A DNA stretch of 64,000 nucleotides. Origin: Cladosporium halotolerans. Taxonomy: Eukaryota. Location: contig NW_027191473.1 in assembly GCF_011745625.1 (NCBI RefSeq), forward strand, positions 186,001 to 250,000, given 5' to 3'. A program made the translations under genes and the position numbers. How positions within the stretch are numbered: position 1 is the first letter of the stretch; every line of letters starts with the position of its first letter. Positions 1 to 11,431 of the stretch are shown piece by piece. Below the pieces are notes generated by a model. It worked only from the letters and a program-made list of their open reading frames with translations. It was not told the origin of the DNA and did not search any database.

Positions 1-258
1 GGCTGGCAGCACAATTGGACGACGGCAATTGTGTAAGAACCATGGGCTCTCCCCGGGTGTCCCTGTGCGTGTGGTACTATCAGCGGCTTCCTGAGGTCAA
101 GCTCCCTTCGTTCAACTTGGGCAAGCGGCCGAGACATGTTTGTCAAACAATGTTAATCTCATTCAGACGTACTTGCAATAATCCAAATCCGTAACATTCC
201 ATGGGTATCAATCGTAGCGTTCGTTCATGTCATCGGCCCTCCCACGTTTCCCAACCCC

Positions 259-1179
259 CTATCGTGCCTTCTTCTCGCCTCCGGCCGCGACGTTGAGGCC
301 TTCCAAAATCTCGAACACGTAGAAGTAGATCAGGTACAAAGGCACGACGATCCAAGCGGCGCTATGGTGTGCAGATCATCAGCTTCGCTGTCAACCATCA
401 TATATGCAAGGGGAACACTCACTTAGGAATAGCAAAGACAAAGATGAGGTTGAACCACCCGTTCTGCTTGAAGATCGGAAACCCCATGAAAGCGTCATTG
501 TACCCTTCACGCACGGTAGTCAGTCAAAATCGTTCCTCGGATCCCTCTCAATGATCCAAAGACACTTACAATAAAGCACACTCTTCATAATCGTCACCGC
601 AAAAGTCGTATACCCCACCAACGCCCCAACCGGCCCCCACCACCCCTCCACAACCCACGAGCCCCCCAACCACCACACGCCCTCGCCCTCCTCCCTCCTC
701 CCCTTCGCCAGCACAATCCACATGTACGCCGCGTACGCGAGCGTCTCGAACGCGTTGCCGAGCCCCTGCGCGCCCGTCCAGCCCAGGCTCGCATGGTACG
801 CGCCGGGGCTGTAGACGGGGTCGACGCGGCCGTAGAGCTCGTAGGGCGCGTACAGCGGCCAGTGGAGCGAGCCGCCGGGCAGCGTGTGCGGGCGCAGCAT
901 GATGTAGCCCGTGTCCCAGATGACGAGCGGGAGGCTGATGGCTAGCCAGGGCAGGGCGAGGAGCGGCGGGGCGTGTTGCCAGGACGAGTTTGTACGGCGG
1001 GTACGCGGTTTGGTGGGTGAGGCTGTGGTGTTTGGGGAGGGTTTGGGGAGGGCGGGCGCGGTGTCCTTTGCGTTTGTGGAGGATGATGATGTTGTCGCGG
1101 AGGAGGCGCGTGTTGTTCGCTTTGTGGGCGATTCGGTGGGCGCGGGGAAGTCTCTGGGGTGGTTGCGCGTGCCGACCAT
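259..1179 (-). CDS. Multi-pass membrane protein, EXPERA/EBP-like family (3 exons)
   Basis: ATG at 1179 (MVGTRNHPR). A S/T/P-rich N-terminus is followed by hydrophobic helices (WLAISLPLVIWDTGYIMLRP, YAPYELYGRVD, NAFE). Introns 569-505 (GTAAGT..AAG) and ~422-362 join to FAIPNAAWIVVPLYLIY; TAG at 259-261. Confidence 0.7.
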
Positions 1180-1687
1180 TTTGGTTGTATTATGCGATCC
1201 GATTGCGAGTTGTACGAGGCCTCGGGAGGTCTTTGTTGCGCCGTGAGAGGGAGATGTGTGTTGGAAGCTGTAGGAGTGATGTCGCGAGTCTGACGCCAGA
1301 GGCGGAGAGAAGCCCACTTCCCCAGGAACGCTCGAGCTGACTGCACCCCGCGTGCAGGGGTGTGCCGAACTCTACTTTGATTTAGCCGTTCGAAGGAATG
1401 CACCACGAGACTTCCTTCAAATTGCGATAGAATAAGTGTCTATTGGTCCAGTGTTGGGCTCATCGGCCAACGATAAATGGAGCTGCTTCAATTTCCCAGC
1501 ATGCACGGGCGAGGCGAGAAAGCCGCAAGCCATCACCAACGCCAAGCGATTCTGCACATGCGTAATCACGCAGTGCAAGAAAATCAAGAGAGCCCAGCTT
1601 GGTCTTGGATCTGGATCTGGTGGATCAATTCCGATCTGATCTTAGAATGCAAAAGCCGCACGTCGGGTAATATTGACCGAAAATGTA

Positions 1688-1811
1688 ACAAAGCAAATCT
1701 GCACATGCACAATTGTATTCACACAGTCTCGTCTCTAAGTTACAGTACATGTCTTACACGAATCAAAAAACCCATCCACAGCATCTCCAAAGCAAATCTG
1801 CACATGCACAA
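1688..1811. repeat. 24-bp exact direct repeat CAAAGCAAATCTGCACATGCACAA
   Basis: Copies at 1689-1712 and 1788-1811, read directly from the sequence. Confidence 0.9.
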
Positions 1812-1853
1812 ATGCTTCTACAGTAAATCGTCATCATCACTTCACCACCAACT

Positions 1854-2872
1854 TCACAACTCCTCCTTCTTGCCCTCCTCCTCCTCCCCACCACCAACCA
1901 AATCCCCCACCTCCAACCCCCTCTGCCACCAACTCCAAATATTCAACCCGACCTTAACCCCCTCCCCAACCGGCAAAGCCGCATGAACCGTCTCCCTAAC
2001 CCCGCGGCCCTCGTCGTCAAAATTCCTCCAAAAAACCGCCGCCCCCTTCCGCACCTTGAACACCGTCCCCTCCCCCGCACCCTCGCACTCCACAAACTCA
2101 CACCAGCCCCCCTCCGCCCTCCTCTCCAACATCGGAAACTCCGTCCCGCCCCCCGCAAACCCCTCCCCTCCGCCAGCAAGGTACACCATGAACGTGCTCT
2201 CGCGCCTCCCCGCCCTTCCCCCGCCGCTCCAGTCGTAGTGCCGCGCGTAGTGGCCCGAGGCGTTGTAGCGCTGGGCCCAGAGGCGCTCGACGAACGTGTT
2301 GGCGGGCCAGCCTTGGAAGGCGAGGGCGCGGGCTTCCACGCACTGCGTCAGGCGGGTGCGGGGGAGCAGGGCTTTGTCGGAGTTGCGGACGGAGGGGTCG
2401 TGCGTTTCGGCGCCGGCGTGGAAGATGGTTGAGGGCTGCCAGGAGGTGGAGCTGGAGGGGGGGGGGGTTTGTTAGCTGCTTTTTTTTTCTTTTTTTTTTT
2501 CTAATTTCATGGCTGTCTTGCTTTCTTGCTTTTCTCCTTTGGGGTGGGGTGGCGACCGGCGTACCTGAGCTCGACCAACGAGTCCGCTTCCTCGGCGCTG
2601 AGGAAGTCGTCGATGTAGATCACCAGCGGCTTCGTGGAGTACACGTGGACATTGTACGCGTGCTCTGGACACTTCAGATCCGGGTCCGGGAAGACGAGCG
2701 AGTCCGGTTTCGTGAGCGGCTGCTTTACTTTGGGCGTGGGGACGGCGGTTTTGCCGCTGCCGAGGACGTTGGAGAGGCCGGGCGCGCCGAGGAGGAAGAT
2801 GTAGATTGCGGAGGCGATCAAGGCGAGTTCGAGGAGGGTGCGGTAGCGGAAGGAGGGGCAGGGGGAGGACAT
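1854..2872 (-). CDS. Prolyl 4-hydroxylase-like 2OG-Fe(II) oxygenase with N-terminal membrane anchor (2 exons)
   Basis: Exon 1 has a TM segment and PLVIYIDDFLSAEEADSLVEL. Intron ~2564-2436. Exon 2 has QRY..HYD (HxD), TFMVYL, GGGTEFP, HAALPV..G.K..LNIW (distal His and 2OG-binding Lys). Confidence 0.85.
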
Positions 2873-3941
2873 GCTGTTGGAAGTTGTGCAGGTGGCATTG
2901 GTTAAGACGTGGTGGCGTGCGTGCCGGCTGGCTGGGCAAAGTTGATGCAAGGGACGGGCAGGGCTTGGGAGGGATTTTTGACCTCACTTCATCGATGGAA
3001 GGAGATACACTGGGTTTAATATGATGCAATACAGTCTCAAATATATTACTGCTACTCAGAAGTATGTGACTGCCAGTCGATAAATCCAAATCCACACCTG
3101 TCGCCAACCCGACAGCCCCAACAAGTTCCAAACGCCATCACCCCAACCCTAACCCTCCTTACCACACCTACAAACAGCCCGGGACGCCACGGACCCGCCG
3201 TTTCGTCTGCGTTTCGACATGCGATTATCCCGCGTTCGTGAAAAAATATGGCACATGCAGAATCGGTGCGAAATGCAGTGGTGCTATTTATTCTGCGTGG
3301 CTCAGGCACCGACGCTGGCTGAGCAAGCATGGTGTCAACTGCGAGCATGTCACATCACATCTACAAGAGGCGCTCGATGGCAGACTGGACGTTTCGCTTG
3401 CTAGGAAGCTCAGACAGGAGCACGATGGAAGTACAGCATTGGAGACATGGACTCAGCACTGTCACAAAACGCGGGAGAAAGCAAACGTTCGAAGCAAGAG
3501 AACCAACAGCGCAATGATTAAGATGATACGAAAAAAAAAGAAAGCCGACCGTGATATCTGGGTATAACAACCAATACTCTCTTCTAAGAGCTAGAACCAC
3601 CGGCACCCATGAGGCTGGACTGCCGGATCCCCCTAATTACAACTAAACCAATTCAACTCAATGGAAAAAGCGAAGCCAACAAAAGAGCACCCCTTATGCC
3701 TCCCGTCAAGTCGGAATTCGTCCCGGAAAGGAATACGAAAAATGAGTTGCAGAGAAGCGAGAGATCGGACGACGAGACTTGCTTGCTTGTTTGAAAAGTA
3801 AAGCCCTGATTGCATTTGTTTCGTCGAATCTATTGGGGAGAGGGGTATCGAGAATTATGTTGTCCAGGGCTGTCGGGTCCGATGATTGGTAAATCCTCTC
3901 TCGCTTCAAATTGCGACTACCGCGCTGTTCTTTTACCTGAT

Positions 3942-4869
3942 TTACAGGAAGAAAGCGGCGATGGCACCGACACCGGCGAAGAGGCCGGCGACGTTGACGG
4001 AGCTGGCGGCGCCCTCGAAGGGCTTGTAGTCAACACCCATGGAGCTGGGAGATTTGTTAGCTTGATGTTATGGAAGAGCGAGGGATGTGAACGGTAAAAA
4101 CATACCCAGTGCCAGAGGGAGCAGCAGCGCCGACAGTGCCGGAAGCAGCGGCCATGCCAGAGGGAGAGCCACCCTGGGGGTAGGGAGCGGCAGTCGGGGC
4201 AGAGCCAGGGACGACGGCGGAGCCGTAGGGCTGGGCAGCAGGGGCAGAGGCGGCCGGAGCAGAGGCAGCGGGCATGGAGGCAGAGCCCATGGCGGCGTCA
4301 GTCTCCATGGAGGCGGGGATGGTGGCGGTGTTGGCAACCATGACGGAAGAGGTGGCCTTGATGGTCTCGGTCATGGCGCCGTTGGAGGCGGGGGCGGAGT
4401 AGCCAGCGGGCATGGAGGCCGCGGCGGTGTCCTTGGGCATCTCGGGGGAGGCCTCGGAGGCACCCATGGAGGAGGCACCGTAGGCGGGAGCAGACATGGC
4501 CGGGGCGGAGGAGCCGGCGGCGGGGGCGGAGTAGCCAGCGGGCATGGAAGGAGCGGCGGTGTCCTTGGGCATCTCGGGGGAGGCCTCGCTGGCGGAAGAG
4601 GTCATGCCACCGTAGGCGGGGGCAGAGTAAGCCGGGGCGGACTGAGCAGGGGCGCTGGTCTCGACAACGGCGCTCTGGGCAGCGCTGGTGTAGGGAACGG
4701 CGTTCTCGGCCTCGTCGGTGCAGGTGGAGGTCGGGGCCGGGGCGGCGGAGGTCTGCTGGGCGGCGACCTCAGTGCCGTAGACGTTCTCGGACTCTCCGTA
4801 GGCGGCCGGGGCGGCGGGCATGGCGACAACAGCGCCGATGAGGGCGGCGGCGATCATGGTGTACTTCAT
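3942..4869 (-). CDS. Secreted Ala/Ser/Pro-rich, probably GPI-anchored cell-wall protein (2 exons)
   Basis: Signal peptide MKYTMIAAALIGAVVA and a low-complexity body with a duplicated SEASPEMPKDTAAxSMPAGYSAPA block. After an intron (~4104-4045) the last exon encodes a GPI-type signal PFEGAASSVNVAGLFAGVGAIAAFFL*. Confidence 0.85.
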
Positions 4870-5509
4870 TTTGACGGTGTTGGTTGGTTGTTGGTTTGAA
4901 AAAGGGTTGGTTGATTGGTTGGAAATGAAGTAAAGAGACGAGAGAGTGACTGAGCTTGGCTGGTGGTGGGAAAGAAGGGACGACCGAGGTCAATTAAAAG
5001 ACGATAATGAGCACGTGTGGTGAGTGTGGTGTGAGTGCGTGAAGGAGGAAAAGAGAGGCAGTGGTGAAACGCGGTGCAGGCGCTTATGTACAGGTCGGGC
5101 GTAGGTGAGCGTCAGGCGTAGCTCCAGGCCGGCAGGCCCCCTGGTGGGCTCGGTGGACTAGCGGGCGGGCATGCGGACCCTGGCCGTGCGACTGGCCGTG
5201 CTGGCCGCGCGCGGGCTAACGAGGGCGCAATTTCCGCTGGGCTCTGCGCCAACGGCGGACGTGCGGATGGATGGCAACGGTTCGTCGCGCTCGTCACATG
5301 CGCGCGGCGCTGGTGGCGGTGGCCGACGTGTGAGTGCCCGTGCTGGCGTGGAGGAGGAGAAGAAGGAGGAGGAGGCGGTGGTGGTGGTGGTGTTTGCGCT
5401 TCCAGGAGATGGGAAACACCTGCAACACCTGCAAACAGCACCTGCATCGCCCTTCCATCGCCAGGCACGGCGCATGCACGGCAGATCAGGCTGCCAGCTG
5501 CTCCTGAGG

Positions 5510-5554
5510 CTCCCAGGACTCCCAGGACTCCCAGGACTCCCAGCTCTCCCAGCT
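5510..5554. repeat. 9-bp tandem repeat (CTCCCAGGA)3(CTCCCAGCT)2
   Basis: Read directly from the sequence. Confidence 0.9.
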
Positions 5555-5687
5555 CTCTCCACGCTGAAACACGATCGGCCAGGAACAGGCATGGCTGCAC
5601 CGCGCGGCGGCTGCGCTAGTCCCGCTAGCGCCGCCACACCCGCTGCACGCTTGAAGGCCCGCGCTGGGGTCGATCGTGCTGTGCGCG

Positions 5688-5688
<1 letters not shown>

Positions 5689-5718
<30 letters not shown>
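5689..5718. repeat. Microsatellite (GTGCCT)5
   Basis: Read directly from the sequence. Confidence 0.9.
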
Positions 5719-5719
<1 letters not shown>

Positions 5720-8165
5720 CCTCAGGGGCGCCATCCGCCAACCAGCCCGCCGCGCGCTGTGGTGAAGATGCGTGCGTGGATGGCGGCCTCTCGCCGCTCT
5801 CGCCGCTCCCACTGCCCGTCGCACACTCAGACACTCCGACGTCAGTGTGCCGCACGCCCGTCTGCCGTGGGGTCCTGCCTGCCCGGACGCGCGTTGTCGC
5901 GGAGATCGGTCTGAGGCACGCACCGCCCTGAGTGGAGCTGCACTCTGAGCACCGCTGTACCAAGCGAGGCGGTGCACCACAGGGGACAGCCCTTGGAGCC
6001 CCTCCCCTCTCTATCGCTTGCTTGCGGCGCTGCCACTCGTCCCAATCTGGTTGATTTCAGACCCATCTGGATCTTCGTCGGCGACTCGGCATGTCGCCTA
6101 TTTGGTGATGATGCCATTGTCTAGCTCACTACTGGTGCTCCCTCTGTCGACAAACCATCCCGTCGCAGCCGCAAGAGCCACACCCATAGTGCTGGCCTAT
6201 TCACCTCCATATTGATCAGCTGCACTGGCCGCATCAACAAGCAGTTCAACATGTCTGTTGACGTCCAGGAGTCGCAATCTCATCTCGTCAACTCCCACTG
6301 CGCCTCCCTATCAAGCTCTCCAAGAGCCTTGGGAGCCCGCCGCACGTTCTCGCCGACTCCCCAAGCCGACCGTCCACGAGATTGCGAGTTGCGCATTTCC
6401 CCAGAAAAACCCAAGAAATACAGCGGTATTTCACACAGCCTCGTCTCGGCCTTCCGGTGGAGGAACGGCAGGGCGGGCGGCCCAGCTTCTATCTATACAT
6501 ATCGATAGTCGGGGGCGTTCTTCAACTACCACCGTCCAACGTCTACTGCCAAATCTCCCCGAAGCCACGCAAGCCATCCCTCCTGACCCGCCGCCCTTAG
6601 CGTCGTCAGCCACGGAGCGCTATAGCCCTGCCCACGCCTGGGCCCGCCCTATCCAGCAATCCTATGTACTGTTCTCCGCGAAGGCGAGCGACCGCTGGAG
6701 CACTCTGCGGCACGCCTGCTCCAAATCACTATCACGCGTGCCGAACACAGTCTCATGCCCAGCACGCGCTGAGCCTCAGCATCGCGCAAGCTGACGACCG
6801 CTCTCCTATTCGCGTGCGCTCTGCCCGCCTCCACGTCTGTCTCTATCTCTCCGCCCACCACGATCATCGAACCCAACCATCCACAGTGCCACCATCTTAC
6901 CAAGCAAGCCCTCACCCCCCGTCTCCACTCTCCCTCGCCCAAAGATCGCCGACCAGCATCCCAGATCCCCAAGCCGGACAAAGCCAGCTCCGGTCCGTCT
7001 TCAACAAGAACGTGCTCAGAGTCAGGAGTGACAGCAGCAAGGTCCAACTCTGACTGCCAGGCAGTAGTAGCGGCAGGGCCCATCTTCATCACACGGACGG
7101 ATTCGTTCATCGTCATCGTCGCCGCCCGCATATGTATGCAGCCCCGTTTTGGCCCTCTTTCCCGCCCACCGGTACCTGCATGCATGTATGTGCTTGCCCG
7201 TCCGTCTTCCCGCGCGCAGTAGTAAATCGCGTTTCACTTTTGCCTTTTCGCACACCATTCGCGCCGCCTCATTCGCTCAGCAGGGCCGCGATCTTCTTTT
7301 TTTTTTGGTCGTTTCATCGCTCGCTCCCTGCGGCCCGCTGATCGCTCGCCTTTCCACGCGTTTGTTCAAATTTCCCATCGCCCACTTTCACCCGGAAAGC
7401 CGTCACATCCGTCCATCATTGCAAACGACCATCCCCGACGGGCCAGGACGCGCCATCGGACGATGTCAGCGGCGTTCTGGAATCGTCGTTGAGACTGCAA
7501 TGGTGTTTTTGTTTCCCAGGAATAGCCGACTGACGAATCTTCGCGATCGCGGTGGTTCGCTGTCTCTGTTACTGATTCGCGTGCGAACGAGCACGGGTTT
7601 TTGGCGATCCGCAGGCTCTATTTTCCGAGCCGTAGGTGGACGACCGACGAGTCGAATCCTGACGATTCGACAAGATCAAGGAGCTTTGGCGCGGCCTTTG
7701 GAGACGGATTATCGATTGATGGAACGAATCGTTCGAGGCAGCTTGATTCGGCTCTCGATTCTGCTCGGGGTCGATCCGGTTCTGTCGACGACAGGTTGAA
7801 CGATTCGCGTATTCGTCGAGGGCGTGAAGAACAAGGCTGTGCAGGAAAGAGATGATCACGGACAAGCGACTGACGCGAAGATGATTGTGATTGGAACGAA
7901 GCGACAGCGTCCGCCATCTTCGGGATATCGCTCCATCTGCGTGCGAGAGTCCATGCTTTCTTCGAGCGCGAGCAGGTCTGCCTGGACAAGAGAGGTACAG
8001 TATCTACGATTGAAGAGGTAAGTGGTCCGTTGGTCTCCGTGCGCCTTGCAGTGACTCTGAACGCTCCGAAAGAGTAGCAAATCCGGCAGACCGGTCATGA
8101 TCTGCTTGAACCGACGAGCAATCCCATCACGCAGGTAAACCATCCTACACCACCCCTTTCATCTA

Positions 8166-8373
8166 CTCGTGCGACATCCCGCAGCTAGCGTCGAGCGTTG
8201 CGAGACCAGCCAATTGTCAAGGTATAAAAAGATGTCGGGACTTCCTTGAGTCACCTCGTACGCGAGTCCGCAGCTAGCGTCGAGCACCGCTCAACCTGTC
8301 AGCTTTCGAAGTAAGAATAGCGTCAACCATCGCTTCCGTTGGCTTGTAGGAGAGTCCACAGCTAGCGTTGAGC
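8166..8373. repeat. Three spaced 31-bp degenerate direct repeats (core CAGCTAGCGTYGAGC), period 88-89 bp
   Basis: Copies at 8166-8196, 8255-8285 and 8343-8373. Copies 2 and 3 match at 26/31; copies 1 and 2 share an identical 18-bp tail. Confidence 0.85.
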
Positions 8374-8519
8374 GCTGGCGAGCATGGCGCTTGGGCCGAA
8401 CGTATGGAGCCACCGAGAGCGATACTGACGAATAATATGAGTTGTTCGACCATTATGGAGACCACGACCTCTCGGATCGAAACTCGGCGCGAGACTGAAG
8501 ACTCGGCACGAGTGCCCGT

Positions 8520-8999
8520 AGCTAGCTCCGGGAGCGACCGGGCCAATCAGCGCCGCTGGTCTCTTCTCCTCCCAAGTATATGTAAGTACCTCACTTACGC
8601 TGTCGAGCACGGCGAGCGAGCTACGTCTGCCGTACCATCAGGCCCAGGAAGTACACCAGGTAGGTCTCGAAAGCGCCACCTCCCATACCTCCACTCAACC
8701 CCGCAAACCAAACCAACTCCTTCCCTCGCGATACCGAGGCCCCGCCCAGCTCGCGAGCCTCGACACATCCTACTACCGTGTAGATTACTCAACTCGCACC
8801 GAGGGCCTCGCTCCAACCTGCCCGCAGCTAGCGTCTTTCATCCCCAATCCAATCAGGAGGTGATGTTTCTTTTGCCTTTCACTTGGGCTTCTGAGGAGAT
8901 TACTGAACTGCTTCGAACACTTGAAGTCTGGACTGAGGCTGAGGCTCATGTATGGAATGGGACCGGAGCTAGCGCCGGGAGGAGCCGGGCCAATCAGCG
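8520..8999 (+). promoter_or_regulatory. Putative bipartite element AGCTAGC-N16-CCAATCAG, three copies
   Basis: AGCTAGC at 8520, 8826 and 8967, each followed by CCAATCAG starting exactly 23 nt after the motif start. Copies 1 and 3 are 29/33 identical. The function is inferred only. Confidence 0.4.
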
Positions 9000-9308
9000 G
9001 TGAGGGTGCGGTGTTTCATACACGAGCAAGTTGTGATGCCTACGGGAGGTTGGGCGAGGGGAGGTGGCGGCACGTAATGATACGATACAGAGTGAGTGGA
9101 ACTTATTATTGTAATCTTTCGTGTCATTCTGCAAGGGACGAGCAAAGACAGCCATTGATTGGCCATGGAGGATGAAAGGCGACGAAAAGCGAGAAGACTA
9201 ATGTCACGGCTCGAAACTCCGTCTACTCCAATTCTATCGTCCATCCCCAAGTCTTCCTTTGTAGCTCTCTATGTAGACTTTTTGGTTCTTCCAACGCCCC
9301 TCCCCCGC

Positions 9309-10916
9309 TCACTTGATGTACTTCCTGAGCCCCCTCAGCCTCTCCTTCGCCTGCTCCAGGACTTCATCCGGCTTGCAGACCGCAAACCGCAGCCAGTCCT
9401 CGACCGTGTGCGCGTTGGCGTCCGTGAAGAACTCCGTGGGCGGGATGGCCGCGACGCCGAGCTCCTTGATGCAGAACCAGGACAGCTTGAAGTCGCGCGG
9501 CCGGCTGGCGACGTGCGGGGGGAAAGGGTAGTCGGCGGGGAGCTGCACTTTGGACAGGTTGACGAGGACGAAGTAGCCGCCTTCGGGGATGGAGTACTGT
9601 TGTTTCAGACTTGGTTAGTTTGTGGGTTGGGAGACGGGAGGGATGTTTAGGGGAGGGAATGTCTGTTTGACGTACGGGAAGACCCAGCTCGTCCCAGACC
9701 TCGTTGAAGCGGTCCAGCTTCCCTTTCATCTCGGCCTTGCTCTCCTCCCAGAAGCCGCGCTTCTCGGCCTGCTCGAAGGCCACCGCCGTCGCTTCCTGCA
9801 GTGGGCTGACGCTCGAGAAGCAGATCCGCGTGTGCGCCGCCGCGACGTACTTGATCAGGTGCTCCGGGCCGATGAGGTAGCCGACGCGCCAGCCGGTGGC
9901 GTAGAACAGCTTGCCCGCGGAGCCGACGGTCAGCGTCAGCGCCGCGATCTCCGGGCTGAGCGTCGCGATGCGCGTGAAGGGCACGTAGTACAGGCGGTCG
10001 TAGACCTCGTCGGAGAGGATGAGGATGTTGTGCTTGACGCACAGGTCGCCGATGGCCTGGAGTTCGTCACGGCTGAAGACCTTGCCGACGGGGTTGTGCG
10101 GCGTGTTGATGACGATCATGCGGGTGCGCGGCGTGATCTTGCTCTCGAGCTCGGCCAGGTCGACGGTCCATTCGCTGGCGGAGGTGGTCTCGCTCGCGCC
10201 GTTGGCGGGCGGGTGCAGGGGCACGTAGACGACCTTGCCGCCGGGCATTTCGATGTTGGAGATGTACTGGTCGAAGAAGGGCTCGAAGACTATGACCTCG
10301 TCGCCGGGCTCGAGGAAGCCCATGAAAGCCGAGAGCATGCCTTCGTTCGCGCCGGTGGTCACGGTCACTTCGGTTTCGGGGTTGAGTGTGCGGCCGAAGG
10401 AGGACGAGTAGGCGTCTGCGATCGCTTTCTTTAACCGGGGGCGGCCCTACTGGGTGCCATTAGCTGGCTGTTCTTGTCCTTCTCTTTCTCCAGAGCGTGT
10501 GTCGAGCATACCTTTGTGGGAGAGTACTGGTTGCACTCGACCTTGCCCAGCGCCTCGTGAGCGGCATCGAGAACGAACTGCGGTGGGTTATAGCCGAAGA
10601 AACCCTGGCCCATGTTGACGATGGGCTGGACGGGTGAGGCTTGAGCGGCCTCATTGACAATAGACCTGATCGCGAAGCAAACCCGTCAGCAAAAGAACGC
10701 TCCCAAACCAACCCCAGCAATCCCCCAGGTATGCAGTGGTACTCACCAAACATCCTGCCTCTGCCCCGCGACCCTCTGCGCCGGCTTGAAGGGATCCTTG
10801 TCCTGCACCATGGCTGAAACCGCGGAACCTCTGCGTCCCGATGTGTATGTTGGGGTATTGAAAGTCTGCGCAGTCGGTCTCGCTTTGTTCACGGCGAAGC
10901 TGACTCGTCTCAGCAT
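9309..10916 (-). CDS. BNA3: Kynurenine aminotransferase-like PLP-dependent class I/II aminotransferase (4 exons)
   Basis: Motifs NMGQGFF, VTTGANEG, EPFFDQY, NTPHNPVGK, SDEVY, SAGKLFYATGWRVG (PLP Lys), LRFAVCK. Introns 10746-10666, 10511-10447, 9675-9597. In-frame ATGs at 10925/10916 (presequence) and 10811. Confidence 0.9.
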
Positions 10917-11431
10917 CGGCAGCATGGTGGGAGTGGATTGGAAGTCTTTCGGCGCTGTGGTCCCGCTATCGCAAGCGGGACCTCTAGCCCTCAGCACGTC
11001 ATCTGGCCACGCAGGGACCGAGGTCGGCTTTGCGGTGCGAGGGAGGGACAACGATGAGCAGATAGCGGACAACGCTTCCCAGAGCAGAAGATGGGCGATT
11101 GCGAGAGAGGGGTGATCAAGACTAGAAAACTGAAAATATTACCAGGAGCAGAAACCGATACCGAGATGTAGAGTGAGATTGCAATGAGATTAATCTTTTT
11201 ATTGCGCGCTATCTACAATGCTTATCCGTCCATGCTGTTGCAACGTTGGGTATCACCAAGCCAAAAAAATCCCCTTCCTTTCCTCTGTAGAGACAGCTCT
11301 GCCCCCTCCGTAACCCACCCATTATGAGAGCGCTCAAAGCTCAAGAGCTCGGACGTCGCGCAAGACAAGACGCAAAGAAAGAGAAAATGCCAAATCAAAG
11401 GAAATCCATCAGTGAAAAGAGTGAGATCCGC

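Noticed and set aside
3065..3156. TGTGACTG (Homol D-like) and CAACCCTAACCCT (telomere-like or telomerase-template-like)
   Set aside because: Only about two repeat units and single short motifs, with no supporting structure.
4087..4899. Long antisense ORFs (also 44495-45307, 49989-51071, 51554-52459, 63143-64000)
   Set aside because: Shadows of strongly GC3-biased genes on the opposite strand.
5112..5980. Overlapping 110-247-aa ORFs
   Set aside because: GC-rich, microsatellite-containing DNA with no codon bias or domain.
8166..8373. CRISPR array
   Set aside because: Eukaryotic context, only three degenerate repeats, and no cas genes. Kept as a repeat finding.
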